Positions 26,646 to 40,984 of a DNA stretch of 56,280 bases are shown one piece after another. The position numbers were made by a program, and so were the translations under genes. The stretch is from Octopus bimaculoides (lineage: Eukaryota), in NCBI RefSeq assembly GCF_001194135.2, contig NC_068991.1, positions 340,427 to 396,706 on the forward strand, written 5' to 3'. The notes beneath the pieces were generated by a model that worked only from the letters and a program-made list of their open reading frames with translations, did not search any database and was not told where the DNA came from. Numbering within the stretch: the stretch's first letter is position 1; the number at the start of each line of letters is the position of its first letter.

Positions 26646-28051
26646 CATTATTATTATTATTTAGTAGTCTTATTTTTATCATGTGCTTTCACTGCATTAC
26701 TAAGCCCACCTGTGTGTGCCTTGGGTAGGTCCTGTGGTTTGTTGTGGTATTCTTATTTTCATCCTTTCAGGGTTGATAAAATAAGTACCAGTTGTGTACT
26801 GAGGTTGATGCAATCAACTGGCTCCATCCCCCAAAATGTCAGTTAACGGTAAGAGGCAAGGGGTATAGATTTGTATAAAACTAGGGACCAATATATGTTG
26901 TCCACTCATCTTCATATCATGTGCATACACACATACATGCACATGCGCACACACACACACGCACACACACAGATATATTAATGTTTGTTTTTTTAAAGTT
27001 GAGTTAATAAAAACAATTTCACATTAAACTGAAGAATTACTCAATACTTTCTGGTAGAGAACATATTTATTATACTTTCCCAAGAAGAAGGGTGACAGTG
27101 ACTTTAAAGTTTTGATCTGTTAGCCTTGATGAACTGATTTTTACCAAATATTTCTCTGTACCAGGGGTATTTGAGGGTTACGAGTTTTGAAAATACACTG
27201 TGTTCTAGTTTATATATATTTCCTTCCGAGAACAACTTGCAGCTGCTCAAGTTGGGGTTTAACATATTTGATTGAGAATTACTTCTGTATTAATGCACAA
27301 CAGCCAATGGCTTGTCCCTTCTTACCTTAAGAAATAAGTAATAGTGAAGATAATAACAACAACAAAATGTATGTTTTTGATATGAATTGAAGAATTTATC
27401 AGGTGTGGAAACTGAAGAGTATTACAGGATAAACACTAATTACTATTATCAGGAAATATAAATATCAAATAGCAACATTAAGAGATTTTAAGGAAGTTTT
27501 TGGAGTCTCACAAGTTGAAACTTGTCTTAGCAGAGAAAACATCAAATTTCCAAGAAAGTGCATTAGTCATAGTAGCAGAGAGAGGAAACTATTAGAATGC
27601 CATAATGTATCGTGTGGGAATGAAGTATTGTTAAGCAGTTTGATAAAAAGAAAAAAATGTAAATAAAATATACACACACATACTTACATTACTACACATA
27701 CATGCACAACCACACACACACACACACATACGTGCACACACAGATGCACAAATACACGCGCACACACACACACGTGTGTGCGTGTATGACAGATAAATAG
27801 GTAGATAGTTAAATATACTCATATATGTATACATGTGAAAATGTGCCAATGTACATGCACATACATACAAATACACACATACATATGCATTTATTCAACT
27901 TAAAATATTGAGTTACATTCAGCTGTGGATTTATAAAAGTGAGATGTGAGGTATATAAATGTATATACATACATCCCATCTCACTTTACACTAATATATG
28001 AAAAATATATTAAAAAATGTTATGTAAATACATATTTATAGGAAAACACAT

Positions 28052-28108
<57 letters not shown>

Positions 28109-28109
28109 T

Positions 28110-28900
28110 ATGCATTTCTATAACTACATCCACCTGATGCCTCAAACACGATGGTGAATTTAAGGAAAGCCTTAGGATACAAACAGTACTGCTAACAAAA
28201 CTAGGTCAGCACAATGTACTTTTGTTGGGACTTTGACTTCAACATCTGAAAGTCCGTAGGAAACATAATCTCAGAAATGCTATGACATGAACAAAATCAC
28301 ATACAATATCTATTTGGTGTCATTAAGTTGACACTCGCAGAATCTGTAAATATGGCACCTGACCAAGAGCAACATCTCAGACCTCTTCATTGATAACATG
28401 AAACTCATCCATGAAGTGGAAGTAACACCAATGATTCTCTCAGAATATAATCAAGTAGAACCAACTGAAGCAGATCAAAAATATACAGCATACAGGAAGT
28501 AACGAGCCCTTTGCAAATCAGTTCAAGGAAAGTTTCTGAAACAAAATTGCCCCCAAAGAAGTCTCTCTATGCAAGACAATGGTATGAAACTTAAAGAATT
28601 AATGTTCGTAATTCAAGCCATCTGCATTAAATTTGATCCAGGGAGAAGGGTCAAAACACCTTTCCTTGATTCAGGGGGGTCCCTTATGAGACGAAGAATA
28701 ATGATTTCAAATCACTCAAATCAGCTTAATGACAGCCGGGAGTTTTAGATATAGAAAACAAGCTCAGACAACTCCATGGAAAGGAAGGACAAGGAAACCA
28801 GTGCAATTGGAAATGCCAGATAAAACCGAAGAACTTGTTCAAATTTACAAAAGAATCTGTCTTGATGCATTACAGGATAGGGACACTGTTCAAAGACAAT
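28110..28900 (+). mobile_element. CR1/Jockey-like LINE endonuclease remnant
   Basis: LG(D)F.F motif, and TKSNISDLFIDNMKLIHEVEVTPMILSEYNQVE, equivalent to PTR.NILDLF..N...I..V.V.P..SDH..I. Confidence 0.65.
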
Positions 28901-31161
28901 AGCCCGTTAACTACAGACCCCCACCCCCCAAATGATATGTAAAATACTAAATAAACAATTCTAAAGTGTTTTCAGTTGGAGAAATCCAAATAATAAGCCT
29001 GATGAGCTCCAGTATGTGCGTGAGCCTGGACAGATCCCTGCTGGCCAGCTTCATGTCAAACCGTCCAACCCATGTCAGCATGGAAAACGGATGTTAGATG
29101 ATGATGATGGATGATACACACACATTATTCTTCTACAAGAATAGTATTGACAATGACTACAAAGTTTTGGCCTAACCCTAGCCTTCACCTGATGAAGGCT
29201 GTGCTGAACTTCAGAGTCACTGTCAGTACTATTCTTGTTAAAGAATAATAAATTTATACTCTACAAAAAGTATTGAGTAATCCTTCAGTTTAATGTAAAA
29301 ATTGTTTCACTCAAACTTGACATAGAAACACACACACACACAAAGATATTTTCAGATTTTTGTTTCTAATTCTGATTTCTTTGACATGAAATGAATGTGG
29401 ACCTTGCCTCCCACCAGCTAATGAATGTGGCCCCCACCAGCTAATTTCATTGCTAAGTGTGGTTTAGTGAGGAAGGGGAAAGCATAAGATTTGCAGGAAC
29501 CGACTAAGAATCACCGACATATGCACACATTAGAAATGAGAACATAGAGAAGATAGTGAGAAAACTGCTAGATAATGAAACCCAGAAAAACTTCCAAAAA
29601 TATGGCACCATATTCATCTACTAAAATTCCCAATCTCCGCCCACACCTTTCTGCTTCCTTTTTCTACTGGTAACATGTGCCAACAGACTTGTGGTAGAAT
29701 CTTGCACTCTTAAATCTTATTTCATGTGTCTTTAACTTCTTTTCCTTTCATCTTATTTTTTTTACAATTTTCTCTTCAAACCCAAACTCTGACACACAGT
29801 TCCAACAATGTTTTCTTCTTTTATTCTTGTTTCTTCTCCCTACAACTTATTGTTAACAGCTTGCTGCTGTATGAAAGCAACCCATAACCTTGTAAATTAA
29901 TATTCATCGTTACACTGTTTTCCCCAGTAATCTATGTTAACCAATCTGATGAGATTAAAAACAAATCCACTTAATTGTACCTTTTTTTTCTTTTTTCATA
30001 AGTTTCTCCTTACAACTTTTCTTTTTGGCCTTGTTTTCATTAAATAAAAATTAATGAAATAAACTTTTATGCTTTTTTATTTTGATTCCTTCAGTGAACT
30101 TTTTTCTGTAGTTCAGACAAATGAAGACAAAGAATTTAAAGCAACAACAACAACAATAATGATAATTAAAAAAGATGTATTAGTAGTGATGATGATGATG
30201 ATGATGATGATGATAATAATAATAATGGGGTATTAATTTGTGAATTATCTGTTCAGAGAGATTGCTTTTCATGAACCTAGCTTTAAGTTAAAGTGAACAT
30301 AGACACCACAGACACCACAGCAGCAAAAAGAAATAACACAAACTTTGAAAGGAAACCATCAGAAGATTTTCTTTCAAGAAATAATTGTTTGTGATGTAAT
30401 TAGAATAGAAGCAAGGTTGAGTACAGCCATTTTCGGGAGAACCATTGGTCGACAGAAATATGTTATGTCGGAATTAGGACAAAAAAATAGCCAGAAACCT
30501 AGTAACTGTTTTATATGAAGTATAACATTAAAGAATAATTAGGACATTGGGCAACTAGAACTAAAGTAATGTGACATTGAGTTGTTAGGACATAGCAATT
30601 AGGAGAGAATAATTAGGACAGAGCAATTAATGTGTTCAACAACTGAGACACAACAATTAGGACAAAGTAATTAAAACATGGAACTATAAATGATTATGAA
30701 ATAAGTTAGGGGCCTTAGGGTCCTGAATACTTTCTGCACATCCAGAGTATAAGGCAACACCGTCATGCGCTGGCGCTGCAGCAGAAGCCAGCTTTTCCAG
30801 TGCATTTTCTGCAGTTGACAACTTCCTTAGTGCTGGTGCCAGAAAAGATGCACACTCATGTACAGTGTAAAGGGATTGACAAAGGAACAGTGAAAGAGTA
30901 GAGCTAGGAGAGGACATTTTAGTCTTGTCTTGTTGAGGACATGACAACACTGGTGTTGCTGCCTCAAGAAAATACATCTACTACACACTGTAAAGTGGTT
31001 GGTATTGCAAATGGCACAGAAACCACCGCAGGAATCCAACCTAAATGATGTATGAACAGCAATCAATGAGTGCAGGAGGGGCTTCCAATAAACGAAATAA
31101 CTCAGGTCGTGATGACTCATACAACTTATGCAAGCATGGGAAACAGGTGAAAATAATGATT

Positions 31162-31213
<52 letters not shown>

Positions 31214-31380
31214 NNNNNNNNNNNNNNNNNNNNNNNNNNNNNNNNNNNNNNNNNNNNNNNNNNNNNNNNNNNNNNNNNNNNNNTATATATGCATAGATAT
31301 ATGTGCATGCATACATGTAATACATATACAGATGATAATGATGGTGATGACGACGATGATGACAGACACACATATGTATG

Positions 31381-31437
<57 letters not shown>

Positions 31438-33096
31438 CTTTGATGCTGTTGAAGGAAATTTCATTGTTGTGTCCCATGGGGGGATATTAGCAAGATCTCT
31501 TCACAGACTCAACACATCTATGATACATGGTGTCTAATTTGCATGTAGAAATCACATACAGGCAGAATGCAAAAGCAGTGAAAAATGGTGCCATCCATGT
31601 TAGAATCAATGATGAGCCATTAATATAGAGAAGGAAAAATGTGGAAAACATCACCAAAGTTGAAGGGTTCCATTGGAATCCATTGTGATCAGGGAGATGC
31701 TGGAATAGATAGAGAAGTTCTTGAGAATGGGATAGATTGTAGCAAGTTTACAGAGATTGGGACAGAACCCTAGGGAGAAATGAGAGAAAGAGAGACTGAA
31801 GTGGAAGGGTAGGATTGGTAGATTGATGAGTAAAGATTGAAGCTGTGGATAAGAGAAACATTGAAGAGTAAGGATAACAGTTACCACTGGAGTACAGAGT
31901 TTGATGAAGAGATTCCATCTGGACTTATGCCATTACTGGAGTGATTGAAATGTTCTTAAAGGGACAGAAGTTGGAAGAAAAGATAAATATAAACGCAAAG
32001 AGAAACTGGTTCCTTCATCCCCCTTTTTTTTATGTATCTATGATTTGATCTTGTTTCCTTGTCAACAATTTAAAACTTTGAAACAAAAACAAAATCTAAA
32101 TGTAATTAAAGTATTTTGTCAACAGTTCATTAAATGACCAATTTGTAAAATAAAATAGTGTGTTTTATTGATGTAAGTCAGAGGAAGTAGAGAAGTTAAA
32201 TGTAAGTAGGCAGTTATTTTTAGTGAAGGATCTCTTATGAAGCCATCCTTCATTTGAAAGTAATTGTTAATTATTTCAGAGTGGATAACTTAATAAGTAC
32301 CAATAAGAGGTGATGTAATAAACTTAAAAACCCACCAACGCTCCACCAGCAATTGAACTTATTAAAAGTCGAATCTGAAAAGAAATCTAAATTATACAAA
32401 CGATTCTTATTTCACTGTGTAACCCTTATAATTGATATGATGGCAAAGATAAAGTTGCTGTTTGGGATTGAACATTTATACAGAGACGAAGATTGGTCTA
32501 ACAAGTTTCGTCATTAACTGAGTCTTGTAGCTTTACGTGAGATTTGTTGTTTAGCCCCTGATAAAGCAGACCTATGATCCAATGTATTCCATCTGTGACC
32601 ATCCAGTCATATTTTTTAAGTCAGTGTATTTAAAACAATAACAGCTAAGGTGGCAGGCTGTGATTTGAGGGATAGTTGCTGCTATTTCTAGCTGGCTGAG
32701 TGACCACAAAAATTATTCTTCACTGCTTTCTCATACTTATTGGAACATCGAACTGATTCAATGCCAACAAGAAGAATTAATACCAAAATCTCCAGCTTGG
32801 TCTTTGCCACGTTAAATAAAGAATGACAGAAGCTGTGTGGAATCTTTTCAGAAGATCAGTGGCCACCCATTTTCAGAAATAAACCCAGTTATTCTGGTTT
32901 TTATAAACTTTCAAAAACGAAATAATTTCAAAACATCTGACTGGAGAATTCCTATTGTCTGGGCATGAAATTCCATTTAAGATAAATTAGAACACAAAAA
33001 TCAATTAAATTAAAAAATCAAAACACACTATCTTATAGAGCAAAAAATTTCTTTTAAATAACAAAACATTTTGCCAATGCACATATATATATATAT

Positions 33097-33140
<44 letters not shown>

Positions 33141-34734
33141 GCGGTCTGCAGTGTGTACAGAAATTCTGGACAGTAGCAAATAATGCTGCTGAAGATGATG
33201 ATGATTATGGTCATTAAAAAATATTTATTTCAATTTAAGATTTGATTTACATTATTTCTGGAATCTCTCTCATTTGAAATTCCCACAGACATATTCACAT
33301 ATATAAATATTATCCGTACCACATTATATACAAATGCATTATCTACAGGTTATCTATATGGACACGTGTGTTATTTGCATGAACAATGTTATTCCAATGC
33401 AAACATGTATGTTATTCACATGGATACATGTTATTTACACAGACAAATGTCTTCAGTCCTAAATACAATTTATAATCTTAAATATTTGGTTTCTATATTT
33501 AGTAAATTATTTCTGATGAGTTGTGGTTGGTTCCTTTATTTGCTTGGCTTTTGTGAATAAAGTCTGAGTGTACTAAGAGTGTTTTTTCCCCTTTTTGGAT
33601 GGCTTGGATTGAGAAGGAAGGTCAAAAGCTAGTGAGAAAGGGGAGAATAAAGCAAGAGATCTAATTTGAATATCTAAAACAGAGTGTGGACTCTGATAAA
33701 ACCCTTCAAAGACCAGATGGTGCTGGTGTTAAGCAGGGTAACTCATTAAGTCTTGTATTAAATGTTAGCAAGGGAGAAAACATAAAAATAGCAGAACAAA
33801 CCCTGATAAATTGAATCATGTTTGGGGATGTTTTGTCAGTAATTGACTTTACTTCAGATGATTGACAGAACAAACAGAAGTATCTAATGAAAATTTATTT
33901 TTAATGAAAATAAAGAATTGCTAAAAAAGCAGGGCTGTTTAGCATCAATTTAAAAGTGAATGTCTTCTTGCCTGGTATTATAACAACTGTTCACTCAGTT
34001 TGTCCTTCAAAACCCCTAATGGAAAAGTATTTTGTGAGAGAGAGAGAGAGAGAGAGGAGGGGGGGGGAGCAATCATGCTTTTTTTGTTTCTTGTTCAATG
34101 GGTTTATATTTGAAAATGCAAAGCCACTGATCTTCTGAAAAGATTCCACACTGACTGATATCAACTTGAAACCCATTGTTCGGGATAAAGCAAACATTAC
34201 ATTTGTCTTGTAGCTATTTGCTTTCCTTTTTCTTTTCCAAATCTTATTGATTCCTTCTCGTATTACAAATCACAAAGTCACGGAAAGCCATTGGGAGAAT
34301 TTGTTTAACAAAGAACAGCTGTTGAATACTGCGTTTCTGGATTGTTTTGATTTCAATGACACTGATGTGGTGTGTGTGTGTGTTAACTTCAACAAAGCCT
34401 ATTATATTAATATCAGGTGTAAATCATCATCATTTAACATCTGATTTCCATGCTGGCATGGGTTGGATAGTTTGACTGAAAACTGGTAAGCCAGGCAGCT
34501 GCACCGGGTTCAAATCCTAATCTTTTCTACAGACATGTTTGCATCTTAAGTACCTGATACAGGCATGTCTGTGTAGTTTACTTCACAACCAAATGGTTTC
34601 AGGTTCAACCCCATTGCATAACACCTTAGACAAGTGTCTTCTCTTTTGATCTTGAAATTTAGTAAATGGAAACTGTGTGGAAGCTCATCAAAGTTACAGT
34701 TTCTGTTTCTGGGTGGTTCACTTAATCTATTCAC

Positions 34735-34922
34735 CATCTGTTCCTCAAAATCTTTTTTTATGGAGTACACTCCATTGCAAGTATTTAAGGCAAGGTTTCC
34801 GCTTGAAGGAAGAAATTTGTACCTTCCTCCCATTAGAACGAGATGTGATGAAAAGATTCATTTGGGCTTTTCTTCCTCCTTCACAGGCCATAAATACCAT
34901 TCACCATGAAAAGGTTTATTTC
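34735..34922 (-). pseudogene. Probable PLAT C-terminal remnant
   Basis: Very strong pyrimidine tract plus TAG acceptor. GNKPFHGEWYLWPV...K*...GGRYKFLPSSGNLALNTCNG resembles WYL..V...Y.FPC..WLA.D..DG. Confidence 0.4.
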
Positions 34923-35739
34923 CTAAAAAGGGTGAACAGAAAGGACGAGGACAAAGAGGGAGAAAGCTATAGTTGATTGTACCAGAGCTACTGTATTCTC
35001 TGCATTTAGGAAGATGTAGCTTTTATCGTAGACCTATTAAACCATCTTAGTTCAGTGCTCTAACTTTGTAGTTTCAACTCATCCTAAATGGAATTATAAT
35101 TAAAGATTTGTATCTGAAATTCAGCTTGGAATGCAAGACATACATATACACACACTGAACGACAATACCAGCACACACAGAGATAGATAGACAGACAAAT
35201 ATACACAGAAACATATACATGTATCTCTCATCCTCTCTCTCTCTCTCTCTCCACACACACACACAGATATATATGTTGTGCACATGTGAGTGTCTGTATA
35301 TTTTCAATAAGAGCAACAAAAATATATACTTATACGTAACATGTTAAATGTGTAAAAATGTATGACCATCAACAAAGGAAAAACAGATTTAAGATTTTAT
35401 TTCATGGCAGAGGTGTGTGTGTGTGTGGGGGGGAGAGTGATATTGTAGGAAGATGTTGAAATTGTTGTCATCCTGACAAAAGAACAATGTCATACAGGAT
35501 GTTCAGGCTAAATTGGATGATTTTTTTAATGTCTTTTTTTGAGGATCAGCTTGATATATTGGTGAACAGTTAATGGACGTGGAGAGTATAAAGATTAAAG
35601 TTGTAGTAGTGAAAAAGTTAGCTGACAAGGAGGATTGGAAGCCCTGTGAATATTGGAAAAGAGTTTACTTGTATCATGGGGATTCATGATGGGTATCAAA
35701 ATACCAAGATTATGGCTGCTGTTCAATGCTCTGTGGACA

Positions 35740-36170
35740 CTGCTAAAGACCGGGTAGCGTGAAACAAGAAGCCAGCGCCATTTCATACGAGATCTCGCTA
35801 GTGGCCATTGCCAAGTCCGAAACAAGAGCGAGATCTTGCCTACAACCATGTTTACCATGCACAAGACCACAGCGAGGCTCTCGTGGGCAACATCTATTTA
35901 AGGAGGTGTATTGAGCAAACCTGTTCTCTTCTCTCACGTTGGCACTCATGTAGGGCAACACTGCAGCCTAGCAGCTCACAGCGGATTCTTAACCTGCTCT
36001 AACTTTACCCGTTGTCTCCAGAGGTAATGTACCTCTCGCAAACAGAGCTAACGAACTACGCGCTGACATACAGGTGGTTGCTGGGAGCAAACCCCATGAA
36101 ACGAGAACCAAATAAACAACCATTGAATTGCATCCGCTTGTAAGCCTTTTCTTCTTCTTCGAGATCCAGA
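35740..36170 (+). mobile_element. CpG-richer retroelement remnant, possibly Tx1/L1-like zf-RVT region
   Basis: IRDLA...VRNK and RRCIEQTC...C fragments; local GC/CpG is higher than the flanks. Confidence 0.35.
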
Positions 36171-36259
36171 ATCCTAAGATGACAAAAAAATAATTGTAAT
36201 GGGAGAAGGAGATACTGCACAGGTATCAGGAACCTTCTGGTCCCGTTATAACTGTAAGA

Positions 36260-36445
36260 CATGACATGGAAAGGCAAAGGGGCCGATACAGCTTGGCACC
36301 AGTGACATGGCAACTCATTTCTACAGCTGAGTGAACTGGAGCAACGTGAAATAAAGTGTCTTGCTCAAGAACACAACACACAGCCCTGTCCAGGAATCAA
36401 ACTCACAACCTCACGATTGTGAGCCTGACACACTAACCACTGAGT
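36260..36445 (-). mobile_element. tRNA-derived SINE
   Basis: Reverse strand has a tRNA-like head (CTCAGTGGTTAG...GAGTTTGATTCC), then TGTGTTCTTGAGCAAGACACTTTATTTCACGTTGCTCCAGTTCACTCAGCTG. Confidence 0.85.
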
Positions 36446-36897
36446 CATGCACTTTTGTATATATGCATACACATATAAAGTATGTATATGTGTGTGTGTG
36501 TGTGTGTGAGTATCTGTCTGTCTGTATATTAATATGTATGTATATATAGCATGTGTGTTTGTGGGGGAGAGAGAGAGAGAGATCAAGGAAGAAGAGACAT
36601 AAAATTGAAGATGATTGTGATGACCTTGAGGAGGTGAAGGGAGATATATACACATGTATGTAAAAGATAAAAAACAACTTGTAAGAATCTGTGAATTCCA
36701 TTTTTTACAAATATATCTATACTCCTATATCAATATATATATACTTATTGTGCTTGTTTGTGAGTCTATCTATGTGGCTGTAGTATTTGTGTATACAGAT
36801 GTATGCACAACTGCACATGTATGTGTACATTAGTTTAAAAAACTGTGCCCGACTTGTAAACATTTCATACACCACTTCACTGAAACAGGATGTATTC

Positions 36898-36933
<36 letters not shown>

Positions 36934-37339
36934 AACATGCACATGTACATACAGACAGACACAGATATAGTGAAATAGAGTTAAACTTGTTATTTCAACG
37001 ATCTCACTTTACTAAAATATAAGATAAACAAACAAATAAGCAGAGAAAACTGAAATTCTACATTTTTCAAATCTAATTTTCAGAGAATTCTATTGAGGAA
37101 GAAAAGAGTCATGTTTGGGTTCAGTTGTCATCCTTCTTCACAGGGGATTCCATTTAGGGTCACACGTATGAGGTGGTTGACCCCACCCCTACTGACTAGC
37201 TTGATAGCTGCTTTAGTGATCCTATCTAAGAAGTACAATTTATAACATCCTTGCTGTCATTTGATTCAATGGGAAGGAGTTTAACGAGGCGAATAGGGAA
37301 ATTAAATATGTACACCTAATTAAATATACATAGTCCAGG

Positions 37340-37580
37340 CTCATTACAATGCTGATGAAGAGAAAAATGGTAAAACTCAGAAGGTTGAGACAGCCAAGTT
37401 TTGAAAAACACCTGAAAAGTGTTTCAGAAGGACTTGGTAAGGAATGGCGAGCTTTTTTAGGATTACCAAAGAAACAATGTTCAAATAACTGAGTTTCCCA
37501 AAGTTTTTGATAAATATTCCAGCAGCTGCTACTATATCCCCTGCTCATTCCTTTCAAAGTCGGTTAATGACAATATTGTA
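37340..37580 (+). pseudogene. Possible Death-domain coding relic
   Basis: HLKSVSEGLGKEWRAFLGLPKKQ resembles Death-domain helices 1-2 (L..IA..LG.DW..L...LGL). Followed by stops, then AATIS(fs) resembling AT...L..AL. Confidence 0.35.
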
Positions 37581-37606
37581 TGTATTATTTCTGTTAGCCC
37601 AAATAT

Positions 37607-37659
<53 letters not shown>

Positions 37660-38134
37660 NNNNNNNNNNNNNNNNNNNNNNNNNNNNNNNNNNNNNNNNN
37701 NNNNNNNNNNNNNNNNNNNNNNNNNNNNNNNNNNNNNNNNNATATATACGCACTTCGCATCATTTTAAATGTCAATAATTCGTATTTTATTTTTTTTATT
37801 TTGAGATTTTAGAATAAAGAAAAGATTAAGAATTCAGATAATTTTTTCATGTTTGTTTCATTGAGTTTAAAAACCCATACAAATATATTTGTTTAAACAG
37901 CCACACTGCTACAGTACACCATTACCAGTTCTTATTTTGAGTTACTGCTTTCTTGGAATGGGTTGAGTACAATATCTTGCTCATTCTAGTTTTGGCACAT
38001 GGTGATATGAGCCGAGATGATCTTCCCAAGATCAGCCACTTCACGGAGTGCATTGGCACCGACAGGAAAGAGTCTTCCCATTTTCTACAGTGTCTATGTT
38101 CATTAAAGGTAATGTGATTGAGAATGTGAACAGC

Positions 38135-38173
<39 letters not shown>

Positions 38174-38310
38174 GAGACGGAAACAATGATAGACAGCTAC
38201 ATGTTGATAAGGAAATTGAATAGAAAAACAACAACCAGGGTGGTTTAATGGTTCAAGAGAGAAGAACAGGAGGAGACAGGGTGAGAAAGAAAAGAGTGAG
38301 AGATATCAAC

Positions 38311-38403
38311 AAGTGCAGCTGGTTTCTACTGTGAGTGCAACTGGCTCCTACAGTGAGTGCAGCTAGCTATTATGAGTACAGCTGACTCCTACTCACTATG
38401 AGT
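38311..38403. repeat. Imperfect minisatellite of about 22 bp, about 4 units
   Basis: (G/A)AGTGCAGCTGG(T/C)T(T/C)CTAC..T variants in tandem. Confidence 0.7.
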
Positions 38404-39029
38404 TCCAAAACTAATCCTTGAGCACTCAGCAAAATTTTGAAAACAGGACATAGCATCAGTCTAATGTTTTACAAAAAGAAGGTCCTGTTATGGGGACACA
38501 AATATGTTTGCTATTTCATGCGATAGTGATGTGATCTATGATATTCAGTGATGTTTGAAGGTCTATAAATTAGATGGGAAGAGAGGAATTGAACAGGGAC
38601 ACAATTCATTGCATAATCATTTGACCTTTAACCATAATGTAGCTGAGTTAACAAGAGAACCTTTCCATACAAGGACACATTAAGGAAGTCAGTATAGAAA
38701 CAGCAGCTGAATTACTGCCAGAGCATATTTGTCATAGAAAAGGGCAAGTCATTTTGGATAATATAACTCTAGACATTTGCCTAAATAAAAGACAGGACAG
38801 GCACAACTAGAATATCTTTGATTATACTGGCAGCAATACTGACCCTGCCACCACCACCACCACCGCCGCCGCCGCCGCCGCCACCGCCACCGCCACCACC
38901 ACCACCATGTTTGTAATTTCTGCCAGTTCATTATGATAAATTGCCACACACATACACACTGATCAAAATGTAATCTGGTAAAGTATGCCACGTGCTAGGT
39001 GCCATCGTAATCAACCAGGTAGTAGAAAA

Positions 39030-39900
39030 GATGTCCTACCAAATGACTGATATAGTTGTATCATCATCAACTGCTACAAGGACAAAGGAGATAGGAAATG
39101 GTAAAACCATCAAAGAGATCAACCAGATGATAGCAGTGGTGGGATCAGTTATTGCACATTCGATTTAGAATTAAAATTGGTGTAGATTAAATGTAGTTTA
39201 GCTTTAACCGAGAAGTGGATTTACTGCTGACCACTTCCTAGTGAGACAACTGCATAGTTAAGAGTTAATAGCTGCTCGACCTAGCATTAGTTGATTGCAA
39301 GAAACTGTTTTATATGGTTCCAAAATGTTTAATGCAGTGGTTGTGAAGGAAACTAATCAAAGACAAATGTGAGGGCCGTTACAAGTTGTGTCAGTGAAAG
39401 GTAAAATTAACAAAGTGAAAGTCAGAAATGAATTTAAGAATGAATTTTGGAATGGGTCCATCAAGTTTCATTTCTCAGTACCCTTGCACCATCCCAGTTT
39501 ATTATAGGTCATAAGAAAGGAATTTAAATTGGATCTCCATGGAAACTCTTGTATCCTTGTGATCTGGCTCAAAGATATAGAACTGAGAGTCCTCAAAGCA
39601 AACCTAGCTATTTGCTTTGTTGTTAACAAAAGATGTTTCTCTCAGAGTAACGAGCAGACTTCTGCATGGTGCTTGTGTACGGTCTTGGAAGCTGCATGGT
39701 AATTAAATATAAGCACTGAAGAGGAAAATTTTGTGGTGACTAAAAAGAAATGAAACAAGCATGCTCTGTTGGATGTAGGATGCTAGTGTGCATGACCAAT
39801 GGAGCACGAATAAGCTGAAAGTAAAACTGAACTTAAGAGAAGCTACACAGAGTCTTACAAGAGAATCACTTACACTGTTAAAGCCTGTAATGTGTAAAGA
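39030..39900 (+). mobile_element. Internally deleted RTE LINE RT remnant
   Basis: Collinear motifs VLPND*..IIINCYKDKGD, GVHQ...KEFK..PW(E)LLY..DL, and LERNEASMLRWM-like. Confidence 0.75.
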
Positions 39901-40984
39901 GGGAGGGTGGGTGGGTGTCAACTGTATGAAAAAGTAGCAAAAACTTTAAATAGATGGAAGCCAAAGAAATGGGATGGAGGGAGGCATGGGTCAGAGGGGT
40001 GACAACTAATCTAGAGAACCTGAACCTCATGAAAGAAGTGGCAAGATGCTGAAGAAGCCTCACTCACTGGTGTTAGCATAGCAGAAGGGTTGTTAAAAAT
40101 GATTGTAGTGATGGAAATTATATACCTACAAAGGAGCTAAATGAGAAAAATCCCTCATGTTTCCATCTATTGTACAACTCATTAGCCTCTCGTCTATCAT
40201 CCACACTTTTTCCAAATCACTGTACACTACCCCTGGCTTGAGCAATAGCATTGGTCTTTTCCATTTCCATATCTACCGTTATTACCCTTTATCACTTTCA
40301 GTAACCTCACTAGTGCCAATGGTATATAGCATCATACCAATTATTTGGTTTTCTATCAAACTTTCTTACCAACCATCAACATCTCTTGTTTTCCCTTTCA
40401 CATTTTTACTCTATCTTCTTTCACCCATTTGGTCATCACTTTCTCTTCCAGTTGACCCCCACGCAACAATCTAGTCTAAAGAAGACTCTAGTTTTAAAAG
40501 GAATACGTCAAAGTCTCTCATTCCATTGACTGGTGTTTGGAGGGCAGTATGTCAATATAAGAACTGACCTGAACAAAGTACACAGGCCAAAGCAGCTTGG
40601 GAAGTGGACGCATGATGATGATGATGAGAAAGAGGAAGAGGAGATTAATAATTGAAACAACAACACATCTCCAGCATGTTCACATTTAAAATAAACATAA
40701 AAACAGAAACATTTTTCTAATCTAGAAAAAAATATTTCCAAGATAAACTTTAAAGTAAAACCAAAGTTGAAAAATGTCAGGAAGCTGCAAAGCTTGTTGT
40801 TATGAGATAAGGCAAATATTTATATATTTCCCTAACTTTGGTAGAAAGACTGTTTATGAATGAAGGTGAAGCTTAGCACCAAGCTTCCTCATCAGGTCAA
40901 TGTAAAAATAAACATGAACATCAGAACATTTCATAACAGTACAAAATAGTTGAGCTGATAATAAACAGAGATGACAACGGTGGT

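Noticed and set aside
29175-29215. CTGATGA within the AGCCTTCA/TGAAGGCT hairpin as a hammerhead
   Set aside because: No GAAA element or stem III follows.
32495-32532. Minus-strand hammerhead-like CTACAAGA-CTCA-GTTAA-TGAC-GAAAC
   Set aside because: The core and the closing pair of stem II are both broken; at best an inactive relic.
36390-36445. tRNA gene
   Set aside because: A/B-box-like head continues into a SINE body; no complete cloverleaf.
38846-38907. (CCA)n/(CCG)n runs here and at 44820-44875 as poly-Pro/Ala/Trp coding
   Set aside because: No splice or ORF context; compound trinucleotide microsatellites.
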